From assembly GCA_951406725.2 (NCBI GenBank), contig OX597834.1, forward strand, positions 35,030,001 to 35,094,000: a stretch of DNA of 64,000 nt. The letters are read 5' to 3'. Origin of the DNA: Octopus vulgaris (Eukaryota). Made by a program: the position numbers and the translations under genes. The notes under the pieces are model-generated. The model was not told the DNA's origin, searched no databases, and saw nothing but the letters and a program-made list of their open reading frames with translations. Positions 10,680-24,199 of the stretch are shown here, in pieces (position 1 is the first letter of the stretch; each line of letters opens with the position of its first letter).

Positions 10680-12250
10680 GGCAGCGAGCTAGCAGAATTG
10701 TTAGCACACTGGGCAAAACACTTAGCAGCATTTTGTTCTGAGTTCAAATTCCACTGAGGTTGACTTTACCTTTCATCCTTTTGGTGTAGATAAATTAAGT
10801 ACCAGTGAAACACTGGGGTCAATGTCATCTAGCCCCCCCTCCCACCAAATTTCAGTACTTGTGCCTTTAGTAGAAAGGATTATTATAATTATTATTATTA
10901 GTAGTAGTAGTAGCAGCAGCAGCAGCAGTATAAAGGAGGAGTATTTCTCTGACAAATAAATATATATGGCATGGCTGTTATCATTTTGTCTCATGTGAAA
11001 GGGCATGGTTGTCACAACTTCCATTAAGACCCAGAGCTTCCTCCCTTCTGGAAGCATCTTTGGCCCAACATGTCTCTGGAGAAGTCAACAGAACCCATGC
11101 TAAACATCTCTGCTATGGCACCATAGTGAAACTACACAGGATAGAGATGGAGGAGGAGAATGAAGGGAGGGAGGCAAAGAGGAAGGAGGAGAAAGAGGGC
11201 AAGGAAGAAATGGTAAACAGTAGGAGGAGAGAGAGAGAGAAGGGTGGAGGGTTGAGAAAGAGCCTGGTGCATCTGGGTTAGTGGTTCCCCAACCTTATTA
11301 CAGCGTTTACTGTGACCTCAACATGAATACAGAGGCCATTATTCGTGGTCAGTAAAATTAGACAACAATGTCGAAACTGTACTTTTATTAAACATAAACA
11401 CACACACACACATATATATATGCACACATGCATACATAGAGACATACATATATACATACATGTACATGCTAACATACATGCACGTATATACACACATGCA
11501 CATATATAAACACATACACACAAACACACACATGCATGTATATACACACATACACACACACATATATATATATACACACACACACACACATATATATGCA
11601 CACATGCATACATAGAGACATACATATATACATACATGTACATGCTAACATACATGCACATATATACACACAAACACACATGCACATATATACACACATA
11701 CACACAAACACACACATGCATGTATATACACACATACACACATATATATATATATACACACATACACACACACACACACACATATATATACACACATACA
11801 CACACAAACATGCTATATATGCATAAGTAATAGTTAATGCATACATACCTAAGTATGCACCTATTTTTTTGCATACACATAAGCTAATATTTGTATACAT
11901 TCAAATTAGCAAGTGTACATACACATATGAATACGTACGTACATACTGGTATGTGTATACATGCATATTTGTACATGTATAAACACACACATTAGTATGT
12001 ATATACATGCATACTTACTAGTACATACATACATATTAATTTGTGTAGATACAAACCTACAAGCATGTACATATATACATAGTAGTAAATGTATACTCAC
12101 ATACTAGTATGTTTATACATACATTCTAGTATGTACACACACACATACAAACCCAAAATAGACTCAGGAAAAAATATCAAACAATTTGATACAAACATCA
12201 ATTGCAAAATGGCTAAAGAATTTATGACCAACTAAGATTTTATGTTAGAA

Positions 12251-12947
12251 CAATGTTTCTCATCTATTTTTAACCTATGAACCCCTGTGATTCCTATTTT
12301 GACTTGGGTGGACCCCCATAACCATTTGATATATTAAAAACCCCATTATATTTTTATAATTAAATATTATTTGGAATTGTAAAAGAAAAGTTAATATATT
12401 TTGTATATTGTAGAAGTGTAACCAATTTATTCCAAATAAATTTTAGCAACAAAATCTTATATGGGACCCCTAAGGGTCATACAAACCTCAGTTGAGAACC
12501 ACTGATCTATAGAGACCCTTTTGTTTCCAATTTTATTTGGATGGACCCTTATAGCCATTCAATGTTTTTAAGAAATCGTTTTATATTTTTAGAATTATAT
12601 AAATTATTAGAAATTGTATTAAAGAATTGTTAAAATTTTATGTATTGCAGAAGTAAAACCAATTTATTGCAGATAAATTTTAACAACAAAATTTTGCAAG
12701 GACCCCAATGGCTACATGGACCTTGATTGGGAACCACTGAACAATATGGACCCTTACAGTCATTCAATGTTTAAAGAAATCCTTTTATATTTTTAGAATT
12801 ATATAAATTATCAGAAATTGTATTTATGAATTGTTAAAATATTTTATGTATCATTGAAATGTAACCAATTTATCGCAGACAAATTTTAACAACAACATCT
12901 TGTATGAGACCCCTAAGGGGTATATGTACCCCAGTTGAGTACCACTA
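12251..12947. mobile_element. hAT-type MITE (12251-12504) followed by two tandem copies of its right part
   Basis: Left end CAATGTTTCTCA. Right ends TGAGAACCACTG (12504), GGGAACCACTG (12739) and TGAGTACCACTA (12947). The internal AT-rich segments align with each other and with 54837-54969. Confidence 0.7.
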
Positions 12948-13305
12948 TGTTAAACAATCCAAAATCTACAGGAAAAGCTGATGGAACATACTCACAGGTT
13001 AACTAATTTCTCTTGAAGATGAACAACAAGCAGTAAATGAAAAGGCTTTTATTATTGTAAAACATTGCAAGGCCACAGAGACAATTAACAACCATAAATT
13101 TATATTAAGCGCCCAAGTGATACAGCACAGCATGAAATGTTGTAACTTCAAGGTTATTAAGTGTTGCGCACCCCCAGGATGGTCTAGAATCATGCTGGCA
13201 GTGATGGTGATGGTGGGGGATCTGTAATGTAAATAAACAGTACAACCAAGATAAAATATGGTTTTACATGAGATACGGAGTGAGTATTTATCCTGAAAAT
13301 GTGAC

Positions 13306-13471
13306 AGGCGTAAGAGTGACTGTGTGGTAAGTAGCTTGCTTACAAACCACATGGTTCCAGGTTCAGTCCCACTGCGTGGCATCTTGAGCAAGTGTCTTCT
13401 GCTATAGCCTCGGGCCGACCAATGCCTTGTGAGTGGATTTGGTAGACAGAAACTGAAAGAAGCCTGTCGTA

Positions 13472-13518
<47 letters not shown>

Positions 13519-13748
13519 GTGTGTGTGCGTATATGTTTGTGTGTCTGTGTTTGTCCCCCCACCATCGCTTGACAACTGATGCTGGTGTGTTTACGTCCCC
13601 ATCAATTAGCGGTTCGGCAAAAAGAGACCGATAGAATAAGTACTGGGCTTACAAAGAATAAGTCCCGGGGTCGATTTGCTCGACTAAAGGTGGTGCTCCA
13701 GCATGGCCGTAGTCAAATGACTGAAACAAGTAAAAGAGTAAAAGAGAG
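13306..13748 (+). mobile_element. tRNA-derived SINE family A (full-length)
   Basis: Colinear with 1392-1800 from head to (GTAAAAGA)n tail. Confidence 0.9.
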
Positions 13749-13786
13749 AGTATCACAAGCGAAAACTCTCTCGTTGGTTGTTTTAA

Positions 13787-14012
13787 CTCTTTAGCATTCA
13801 AACCAGCCAAATCAAGCCCCAGATGGTCAATATATGATTTATGTTCAAACTGGCCATATCCAGCCTCTCATACCTACCCTACAATGCCATTCTGGAAATA
13901 AACAGTCACACCATCAAAAGTCTTGAAGTTACAAGATAAAGCATGATTAATTCAAAACAATGTGGAATAAATAAGCTTTGGGTTTGACAGAGAACTCTGG
14001 AAGATAAAAGAG
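13787..14012. mobile_element. Degenerate piggyBac-type MITE (second family)
   Basis: TTAA-CTCTTTAGCATTCA left end and degenerate AAAGAG-TTAG right end. A related copy is at ~28220-28420. Confidence 0.55.
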
Positions 14013-14380
14013 TTAGAACTAGAGACAGATGGACAAACAGACAGACTCGATAGTTTGTTATTAGTATAGAAAACTGTTTTACAGGGAATCTCTCATTCAA
14101 CTTCTTGGTAAGAAAGAAAGGAAAAAAGAGGGTGGGAGGGAGGGAAGGCGAAGATGAAAGCGAGAAGAAAGGAAAGAGGAAAAGAAAGATAAGAGGAAAA
14201 GAAAGAAAAAAGAGAGATGGAAAGAATGATACAAGCGAGAAAGAAGGAAAGAAGCAAGAGAGAAAGATGGAAAGAAAGAGAGGAAGAAAGGAAAGAAAGG
14301 AAGAAAGGAAAGAAAGGAAGAGAGAGATAAAAGAAAGGGAAGAAAGCAGGTTAGCTGGAGTTTGCTGCGCCACTCCCTCC

Positions 14381-15080
14381 ATCACCACCACCACCACCAC
14401 CACCTGGTCAGGTCCAGAAAGCCATGACTGTTTAGAGGAGGCAACAACAACCAGCACCATGACCACAACTCTCAGCATCACCACTAACTACTACGGCACT
14501 AACACGACTACCAACACCACTGCTACCATCACCACAGCCAGCACTGACACTACCATCATCATCGTCATCATCATCATCACCACCACCACCACCACCACCA
14601 TCATCACCACCACCACTGCTACAACCATCATCACCACCACCACTACCACCACCATTACTACTACCGCTACAACCATCATCACCACCACCACCATTACTAC
14701 TACCGCTACAACCATCATCACCACCACCACTACCACCACCACTACCACCACCATTACTACTACCGCTACAACCATCATCACCACCACCACTACCACCACC
14801 ACTACCACCACCATTACTACTACCGCTACAACCATCATCACCACCACCACTACCACCACCATTACTACTACTGCTACAACCATCACCACCACTACCACCA
14901 CCATTACTACTACTGCTACAACCATCATCACCACCACCACCATTACTACTACTGCTACAACCATCATCATTACCACCACCACCACCATCACGATGATACT
15001 CATCGCCACTACCACCACTATCTCCACTGTCACTGCAACCATTCCCACCACCACCACCACCACCATCATCATCATCTCCA
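14381..15080. repeat. (ACC/ACT/ATC)n compound microsatellite with higher-order repeats
   Basis: Recurring block ATTACTACTACYGCTACAACCATCATC(ACC)n, about 7 times with a 45-60 bp period. Confidence 0.95.
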
Positions 15081-15769
15081 ACATATATATATTTCACTAG
15101 ATATTTGACCAAATTCTTCCAAAACTATCGATTATATCGAAAAATAAAAAAATAAAATAATGATAATAATAATAATAATAATAATGTAACTGAAGCACCA
15201 GAGACAGTCAATTTGTCTTAAAATACACGAGGCAGTGATTAAATTACTAAATATTTTTTTCTATTTCAAACATTTTAGATTTAATAGATTAAAAAAAAAC
15301 AACTACAACAACAACAGCAACAAACAGTGTCTCATTTAAAATGTACACAACAAAAATGGTTGCAGCATATCTGGTTCTGCAGTGCACAGAATACAATGGC
15401 ACCGGTCCCAAAATAATGCACAGAAAATATGCACCAGAAAACCGGTCTGTTGCATCCTCTGCAAAATTGACAACGTATGAACGGCAATGAGGAAGCCTGT
15501 ACGTGGCTGTTCGAGGTGCACGAAATAGCAGTCAAATATGTCTCAACTCAAAAAACCAATGTTGGGTGCAGACATAGTTATGTGGTTGAGAATCATAATC
15601 TCGCTTTGCAAACACTTGGATTTTGGGTTCAGTCTCACTGCTCGGCACCTTGGGCAAGTGTTTTCTACTCTACCACAGCAGCTCCAAGCCAACCACTACT
15701 TTCTGAATGAATTTAATAGACAGCAACTGCATAAAGTTCATTGTGTATATGTATGTGTGTGTATATATG

Positions 15770-15811
<42 letters not shown>

Positions 15812-15816
<5 letters not shown>

Positions 15817-16027
15817 CTTTACTACCCACAAGGGGTTAAACACAGAGGAGACAAACAAGGACAGACAAAGGGATTAAGTCGATTACATCAACCCCAGTGC
15901 GTAACTGGTACTTAATTTATCGACCCCGGAAGGATGAAACGCAAAGTCGACCTTGGCGGAATTTGAACTCAGAACGTAACGGCAGACGAAATACGGCAAC
16001 GCATTTCGCCCGGCGTGCTAACGTTTC
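15812..16027 (-). mobile_element. SINE family B inserted in (TA)n
   Basis: Reverse complement of 9560-9781, slightly 5' truncated. Confidence 0.9.
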
Positions 16028-16239
16028 ATATATATATGTGTGTGTGTGTGAGTGTATATGTTTGTGTGTGTTCAAGGAAGGGCAAAAGTAGGCATAACGT
16101 TGCTTAACACGTGAGCGAAATTCTTATTCTAGGAAAGAAATAGAGGAATGAAAACATTTCACGCAGATTAAGCAACTGGATGCCTACTTTTGCCCACACC
16201 TGTGTGTGCATGTGTGTGAGTGTGTGTGTGTGTGGAGAG

Positions 16240-16278
<39 letters not shown>

Positions 16279-16741
16279 AGAGTGTGAGAGATCAAGATAG
16301 CCATGACCTTTTCAAATAGTACTTTTATAATCACTCTGTTAATTAAAAAACACAGTGCTGATGATGACAATAAGAAGAGCAAGATCAGAATATTAACAGA
16401 AAGCGCAATGGTTGCCTTTATGTTGACAATGAACAATATTCTGTGTGTGTGTGTGTGTGTTGTTGTTGTTTTGGGACTACACCTATACAGGGGCAGAGCC
16501 TTGAAATGTTTAGTTGGGTCAAATCAAACCCACTGTTTATTTTAAGCCTGGAATTTTATTCCATCAGTTTCTTATTGGCAAACTGCTAAGTTATGAGGTT
16601 GTAAACATAGCAAGAACAAGCAGGAAGCAGAGAGAAACAAACACACAGATGCATACACATGTGTGCACAGACACACACACGCATTCAGCATGCCCCAGCA
16701 TGGACAGAATCCCAAGAATGAGTGTGAGTGTGTGTGTATGC

Positions 16742-16783
<42 letters not shown>

Positions 16784-16996
16784 GTGTGTGTGTGTGTGTG
16801 TGTGTAAACATGTTTGTATGTGTGCATATATGTTTCTTTGTGTATATGTGTGTGCGTGCATGTATATATATATATATATATATATACATATTGATAGAAA
16901 TGGTAAGATAACAAAAGAATGAAAGAGACCTTGATATTATGTAAATAGAGGAATTTATCTGTAAATATAATACGTGACAATTATTTGGTAGCCATG

Positions 16997-17055
16997 ATAA
17001 AACTCCCAGTTTTGGCTGTCAGGGCGGAAATCCACACCAGCATCTCTTCAGTTAT
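16997..17055 (-). ncRNA. Degenerate type I hammerhead motif (G12 to A)
   Basis: Minus strand: ATAA [CTGAAGA] GATGCTGGTGTGGATTTCCGCCCTGACAGCC [AAAA] CTGGGAG [TT] TTAT. It lies in a ~185-bp insert between (TA)n tracts. Confidence 0.5.
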
Positions 17056-17074
17056 GGATCCATCGAAAAAAATG

Positions 17075-17109
<35 letters not shown>

Positions 17110-17144
17110 TAGCATGGAAAGCGGATGCTAAACGATGATGATGA

Positions 17145-17179
<35 letters not shown>

Positions 17180-17411
17180 AGTGAGAAAAGAGAGAGAAAG
17201 AGTGAGAGAGATCAGTTTTCTGATTTTAGAAGAGTTAACTATTTTGGTATTGCCAAATTCAATAAAACAACCCAAAAGAACTATTTGGCAAAAATACCAA
17301 AAATATACTAAAAAGAAAAAAAAGAAAAAAAAAACGAAAAAAAAAAATCAATAAAGTAGGTTAAATTGGTGACCACAAATAGTATGTAAGTGATTTCTTG
17401 AAGTAGGTAGA

Positions 17412-17442
<31 letters not shown>

Positions 17443-18101
17443 ACTAGGAAGATAGCAATAACTGCGTGATGGAGAGGACCAAATATCTAATAGACATAAC
17501 AGCATTTATTAGATTAAGTCAAAGAAGGAAAAAAGAGCCCGAGACAAGATAACAATGAATGTATCAGCTTGCTTGGTTGTTGTATCTACAGTATAACTAA
17601 TAAAATAGCTTCATCACAACAACCATCATCATCATCATCACTACAGCAACCACCATCATTGTCATCACTGCAGCTGCCACCACCACCACCACTATTAGTG
17701 CCATTACTGTGACTATAAACGTTATAACTACCGTCATTGTCGTCATCATTTACATCTGTTTTTCCAAATTGGCATGGGTTCAACTGAAGGAGTCACAGAG
17801 TGTCCCCTTCCCCCATCTGTTGTGGTTTTTTTAGGGACCAGGTATATACAGCAACATTTGCACTCAACACACACACACACACACACACACACGCACGCAC
17901 ACAGCCTTCTGGCTCACCAGTCCTCAGTCAAACCGTCCAACCCATGCCAGCATGGAAAGTGGACGTTAAACGACGATTATGATGATGATATATATATACT
18001 TTGATTAGAGGTTGTGTTAACCTCAAGAAGGGAAGGTTTCACCCAAGGAAATACTGGTTCGATACCTAGTATTTTGGAGGAATTAATTTCCTTAAAATAA
18101 T

Positions 18102-18154
<53 letters not shown>

Positions 18155-18196
18155 GAATCCAAAAACACATATAAAACATCCAAGGGTATATTTTTT

Positions 18197-18271
18197 TCCC
18201 TCTGAAGATATTGTGCTCAGGTCATATAAATATAATATTTACCAAGTATTAATTGAAACAGCTGTAAGGGA
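18197..18271 (+). ncRNA. Type I hammerhead ribozyme with an intact core
   Basis: TCCCT [CTGAAGA] long imperfect stem II (18209-18254) [GAAA] CAGCTG [TA] AGGGA. Stem I is a perfect 5 bp, stem III is palindromic and the cleavage triplet is GUA. It sits in a ~225-bp insert (18153-18378) with a (TAAA)n tail between (TA)n tracts. Confidence 0.75.
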
Positions 18272-18348
18272 CGATGATTAATTTGGTGTTAATAATAAAC
18301 AATTATTAACTTCCCAATCTCCATTTTCTTTTCCTTCTTTTATACTAA

Positions 18349-18412
<64 letters not shown>

Positions 18413-18416
<4 letters not shown>

Positions 18417-18569
18417 ATATTTCGGAATGGTCATTTTGCCAGTTTAGCCAATAAAAACACACACACTATATATTTGGTGTTATTTTGCTTCAGTGTTATT
18501 TATTTTTTACATTAATCTTAATCTTATTTCGGCTAAACTGGCAAAATGACCATATTTCGAAATATAACA
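18413..18569. mobile_element. MITE with TGT...ACA ends (Ginger-like)
   Basis: ~37-bp TIRs TGTTATATTTCGGAATGGTCATTTTGCCAGTTTAGCC / GGCTAAACTGGCAAAATGACCATATTTCGAAATATAACA, with ATAT on both flanks. The superfamily assignment is inferred from the termini. Confidence 0.75.
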
Positions 18570-18973
18570 ATATCTGTTTCAACACACGACTTCACATAAA
18601 AAATCTTGCACCACAAATATATATATATATATATATCAGCTGTTTTCAAATAAATTCCACTTACTATCTATAAGCATGAAGAACTCATTCTTTAGTTTGT
18701 AACTTAAAACGCGCTCGCGTGTGTATATGTATGTTTGTGCGTGAGAATAAATAGTTATTCATTTAAAAAGTGCTTAACAGAAACGTGATTAAATGAGAGT
18801 ACAAAAGAAAATATAAATGATACGAAAAAATATCCAGATAACATGACTGGTGGCTCTTTAATGTTTACAGTTTGAGCTGGAACGTTTAAAACTTTCAGCT
18901 AAACATTTCAAGAAGAATGTATATCACGATAATATCTGCTTGTATAGAATGCTTCATATACACGAAGGTGTAT

Positions 18974-19370
18974 AGGTGCAGGCATGGGTGTGTGGTAAGA
19001 GGCTTGCTTCCCAACCACATGGTTCCGGGTTCAGTCCCACTGCATGGCACCTTGGGCAAGTGTCTTGTACTATAGTCTTGGGGCGACCAAAGCCTTGTGA
19101 GTGGATCTGGTAGACGGAAACTGAAAGAAGCCTATTGTATATATATATATGTATGTATCTGTGTCTTTGTGTTTGTGTTTGTCCCCCCACCATTGTTTGA
19201 CAACCGATGTTGGTGTGTTTGCATCCCTGTAACTTAGCAGTTCGGCAAAAGGGACAGATAAAATAAGTACCAGGCTTACAAAGAAAATGGCCTGGAATCG
19301 ATATACTCGACTAAAGATGGTGCTCCAGCATGGCTGCAGTCAAACGACTGAAACAAATAATAAAAGACCA
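18974..19370 (+). mobile_element. SINE family A (diverged full-length copy)
   Basis: Colinear with 1392-1800. Confidence 0.85.
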
Positions 19371-20341
19371 AAATAATCCAGGTGGCTAGCAACAATTTGA
19401 AACCAACAAGGAAATAATTCACCGTCACTAAGAGTGACAAGGGTGCAGTGTAATACATGTGTTTATATTACAAATGAGATGTTGACTCTGTAAGCCACGC
19501 CATGGAATTATCTACCAATGGCAGTAGTAACCCCAAATAAGAACTGACACAGACTATTATGACTCATCCGATCCATGCCATCACGGAAGAATAGACATAC
19601 CAATTATGAGGATGATGATTATCGGTATTTACTGATATATATATACATACATGTATGTGTATATATGTACACACACATACATATATACATACACACACAC
19701 ATGTACACACACACACATCTTCCAAATCAACAAGTTAGACTGAAACCAGCTGGAAGAGCGAAGTAATTACATAAAAAGCTTTGCTAATTGACCAAAGTCA
19801 TCTGTATTGATTCGGATTACTTAAGAAGTGGGGGAGGCAACAGTGGTGGTGGTGGTGGTGATTCTAGTTTCATTAGTGAAAGTGGTGGGGGTGGTATTGG
19901 CAGCAGAGAGGCGGTGGTGATAGAACTTGTTGAATGAAGCAGGAATATTTCTTAAAAGCACAGCAAAGATCCACCATGTAACCGATACAAACTCTGTAAA
20001 TCTGTTTACAACAACAGCAACAACAATAATTCTTCAAGTTTCCACAGAATGGTCTCAGGTCTGAGCTAAGCAAATGGGAGATGATATAAACAAAGTGCAA
20101 TAGTAATTCTTCAAGTTAAGATAATACAAGGAAAGTATATACATATATATATATACATGCATACACATAAACATATATATATACAAACATATATGAGTGA
20201 GTGTCTGTATGTTTCTTTTGGGGTATACATTTGTATGCAAGTGTATCCACACGTTTCTAGATATACATATAAGATAAAAAAAGTATTTATACATGTAACT
20301 TTCTTTTGTTTGTGTGTGCTCACATATACTTCCATCCAATC

Positions 20342-20381
<40 letters not shown>

Positions 20382-20427
20382 CATACACACTTTATTATAA
20401 AGCTGCAAAGACTGGTAGAAAGAAAAA

Positions 20428-20483
<56 letters not shown>

Positions 20484-20530
20484 GCATTTTTTTCCTACCT
20501 TTAACTTGTTTCAGTCATTAGAATGCAACC

Positions 20531-20561
<31 letters not shown>

Positions 20562-21268
20562 GTGGCATGTAAAAAGCACCAATCCAATCGTCGACGTTGC
20601 CAGCCTCGCCAGGCACGTAAAAAGCACCCACTACACTCACAGAGTGGTTGGCGTTAGGAAGGGCATCCAGCTGTAGAAACACTGCCAGATCAGACTAAAG
20701 CCTGGTGCAACCTTCTGGCTTCCTAGATCCCCGGTCAAACCGTCCAACCCATGCTAGCATGGAGAACAGACGTTAAACGATGATGATGATATATTTTATA
20801 CGCTTGAAAGGCGTATAGATGCAGAAAGTCTGCCTCAATGAATTGCTTTTTGACCCACGCAAGTACAGAAAAGTGAATGCAGAATGAACAAAGCAATGAA
20901 GATGATTTTACAGCAGACAGTTTTGTCCTAAATTTGTGCATCTATGTGAGTTTTAGCGAATGAGTATCCATATGTTTGTGTGTGAGTGTGATTGCATGTG
21001 TGGGTGCACATGTGTGTTTTATAATCATCGTCACCTGTATTCCATGCTGGTACAGGTTAAATGGGCAAAATGGTTCAACAGGAGCTGGTGAGGTAGGGAA
21101 CTGGACCATACCCCATTGTCAGCTTTGGTATGGTCTCAGTGGCTGAATGCCTTTCCTAATGGCAACTACTTAACAAAATGTACTGGGTGCTTTTTACATG
21201 ATACTAGCACCAAGTTAGGCTGCCAGGTTAACTTGCAAGACAAGACCCCCTGCTCAAATGAGCAGGGT

Positions 21269-21359
<91 letters not shown>

Positions 21360-22399
21360 CAGCAGCAGTAGTAGTAGTAGTATTCTTCAGGTCACTGCTT
21401 GGAAGTGAACTTGGAATCTTAGGGCTAGTGAATTTTGAGCCAGGTGATGGGAGGTTAAAATATGACAGAGGGACAGAAACAGGTGTCTTGCTGTAGAGAA
21501 GATACATGGCTACCCCAAATGTTTATTTGCATATGTTTATCTGTTTGTTTTTGCCATCAAGGCCACATCTTTGCTGAAACACTCCCTTCAAATTTGTACA
21601 TAATTGTGTAATTTATGCACCTGTATATGTAAATTTGTGTTTGCCTATTTCTATGTGAATGTTGGTGAGTGTGTTAGTGTGTGTGTTTGTGTGTGTCTAT
21701 GCTTTGTGCTTCACCATACATACACAGTACAATAAAACTGTGAAAAAATAGCTCTTATTTTCCTTGGGAAATGTGCCAAAATATAATTTGTTGTTTTTTT
21801 TTTTAAATAAAAAAAAATGGAACAAAAAAACAAAAACAAAATCACTTGAAAGGTAGATGTGAAAATAAATGCTCAAACATATATAAACATATACAACATA
21901 TGTTATATAACACGAAAATAAACATAATACATTCAGCATAAACATACATAAACATATAAATAAATATATATAAATATATAAATATGTAAATATATAACAA
22001 TAAACATATTTATAGACCTGTACACAAATGTGTGGTTAAGAAGCTCATTGTGCAACTGTCTGGCCTCTGGTTCAGTCCCACTGTGCAGCACCTTAAGCAA
22101 ATGTCTTCTACGATGGGTCGAGGATGACCAATGCTTTGTGAGTGAGTTTGGCAGACAGAAACTGTGAGGAAGCTTGTTATGTGTGTGTGTGTGTGTGTGT
22201 GTGTTTCCCCACCAACACCATCACCACCACTACCATTGCTTGGTAATTGGTATTAGCATGTTTATGTCCCTGTAACTTAGCAGTTCGGCAAAACAGACTA
22301 ATATAATAAGGACTAGGGTTGATTTGTTCAACTAAACCCCTGAAGGTAGTGCACCAGCATGGACACAGTCCAGTGGATGAAGTAAGTAAAAGAAATAGC

Positions 22400-22448
<49 letters not shown>

Positions 22449-22502
22449 ACACACACAAACAAACAGCTACAGAAACATGTAACTACATAAAGATATAAAT
22501 GT

Positions 22503-23040
22503 ATATACGGCAGTGAAACATGGCCTGTGACAGCCGAGGATGTGCATAGGCCTTGAAAGAAATGAAGCTAGGATGTTTTGCTGGATGTGCAATGTCAGTG
22601 TGCATGCTCGACAGAGTGTAAGCATCTTGAGAGAAAATTTAGGCATAAGAGGAATCAGATGCGATGCATATGGATGAGGACAGCAGTGTAAAGAAGTGCC
22701 GATTCTTAACTGTGGAGAGAACCTGTGGAAGAGGTAGACCCAGGAAGACATGAGATGAGGTGGTGAAGCATGATCTTTGAACTTTGGGTGACTCAGAGGC
22801 AATGACTAGTGACCGAGACCTTTGGTGATATTCTGTGCTTGAGAAGATCCTTCAAGCCAAGTAAAACCGCAGTCGTGGCAGATACCAGTGACACACAAAT
22901 GGCACCTGCATCAGAGGAATGTAAAAGCACCTTTCGAGCGTTGGGCCTCATGGAGGCAAGGACTGAGACCATTTGGCATTATTCAGTGCTTGAGAAGAAA
23001 ACTCATCAGGCCAAGTAAAGATGCTGTCATGGCAGATACC
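22503..23040 (+). mobile_element. RTE-clade LINE 3' fragment (disrupted ORF2 end and start of 3' UTR)
   Basis: Across frameshifts and stops it reads YGSETWPVTAEDVH..ERNEARMFCWMCNV..LRENLGIRGIRC..TCGRGRPRKT*DEVVKHDL..SDRDLW. YGSETW and GRPRKTW are RTE hallmarks. A related piece is at ~62445-62610 on the minus strand. Confidence 0.85.
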
Positions 23041-23658
23041 AGTATCGACCCTCAAAGGATGAAAGATAAAGTTGACCTCAGCATATTTTGAGCTCAGAAT
23101 GTAGCATGTGTGTAATGAGAACAGTCATTTTAAAAATGTGTTTGTGATAAAATATCTTTGTTTATGAACTATATATCTTGTGTCGAGGTGAATAGACATG
23201 TGAGTCACACGTGGGAGATTGCATGTGGAGCTGCAGAGAAGACATGTGTCTTTGACCAAAGCCTGGCAGGAACTGAGAGTTTCTACAGTGTAGCTCAGAA
23301 CAAGGCTACTGTATCAAAGTGAAGCAAGACGCCTCATGAATATATTCATCTACATGTAACATGTAGCTCTGCTACAGATGAAATACCACCAAACATTTCG
23401 CCCGGCATGCTAACAATTCTGCCAGCTTACCAACTTATCATTCAGGAAAAATACCATTTGCAAATTCTGGCACAAGGCAAATAATTTCAGGGGCAGGGGC
23501 TATTCAAATATTAATTTCTGAGGTAGGGGCTAGTTGATTATATCACACCACTGTCCAACTCGTACTTATTTTATCAACTCCCAAAAGGATGAAAAGCAAA
23601 GTCAACCTCAGTGGCATTTGAACTCAGATCTTAAAGACCGACAAAATTCCCCTAAATA

Positions 23659-24199
23659 CCAGGTTGAGGAAAAAGTTTGGGTGCCGTGTTAAAATCATGA
23701 TTTCTTATGCAAGAATTTATTCAAAATCAACAATTTTTCTTCAAAATAAAGACCATCATTTCCCATGATCTTCTGCCAATGATCTGCAAGCCTTCAGGTT
23801 TAGTCAAAGTATCAACCCTTTGGCTTTGAATCGAAAAATTCTTGACAGTTTTCTTCAACTTCATCGAATGACTCTAATCGGCAACCTTTCATAAAGTGCT
23901 GCACTGATTGGAAGAGACCGTAGTCAGATGAAGCAACATCTGGACCATAGGCTGGACATGGCTGAACTTCAACACCATCCAATTCTTCAATCTTGTTGCT
24001 GGTTTTTCTGGCAGTGTGTGGCTTTGCATTGTCTTGTTGAAACAAAGCACATTTTCGATGAACAAGTCTTGGGTGTACACACACACACACAGAGTGAGTC
24101 ACCATTGAACATGACATGAACTGAATGAACACACACACCAGAAAAATATATAAAAAGGCAAGATTTTAACATGGTGCATGAACTTTTTCCTCAACTTAG
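23659..24199 (-). mobile_element. Internally deleted mariner element retaining both TIRs and the transposase C-terminus (pseudogene)
   Basis: TA at 23657-58 and 24200-01, with TIRs sharing GTTGAGGAAAAAGTT..GTTAAAATC. The peptide QQDNAKPHTA..PAYGPDVASSDYGLF..FFDSKP continues in frame through stops to LADHWQKIMGNDGLYFEE. Confidence 0.9.

Noticed and set aside
11398-11760. 176-bp tandem duplication (also the ~58-bp triplication at 33415-33590)
   Set aside because: Ordinary slippage or unequal exchange inside compound microsatellites, with no further structure.
14105-15100. 331-aa Thr-rich mucin-like ORF
   Set aside because: It consists of a purine-rich tract plus an (ACC/ACT/ATC)n microsatellite, is open in several frames on both strands and has no domain evidence.
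23812-24138. Functional transposase or SETMAR-like host gene
   Set aside because: Only the C-terminal part remains, followed by in-frame stops and bounded by TIRs; it is a transposon relic.
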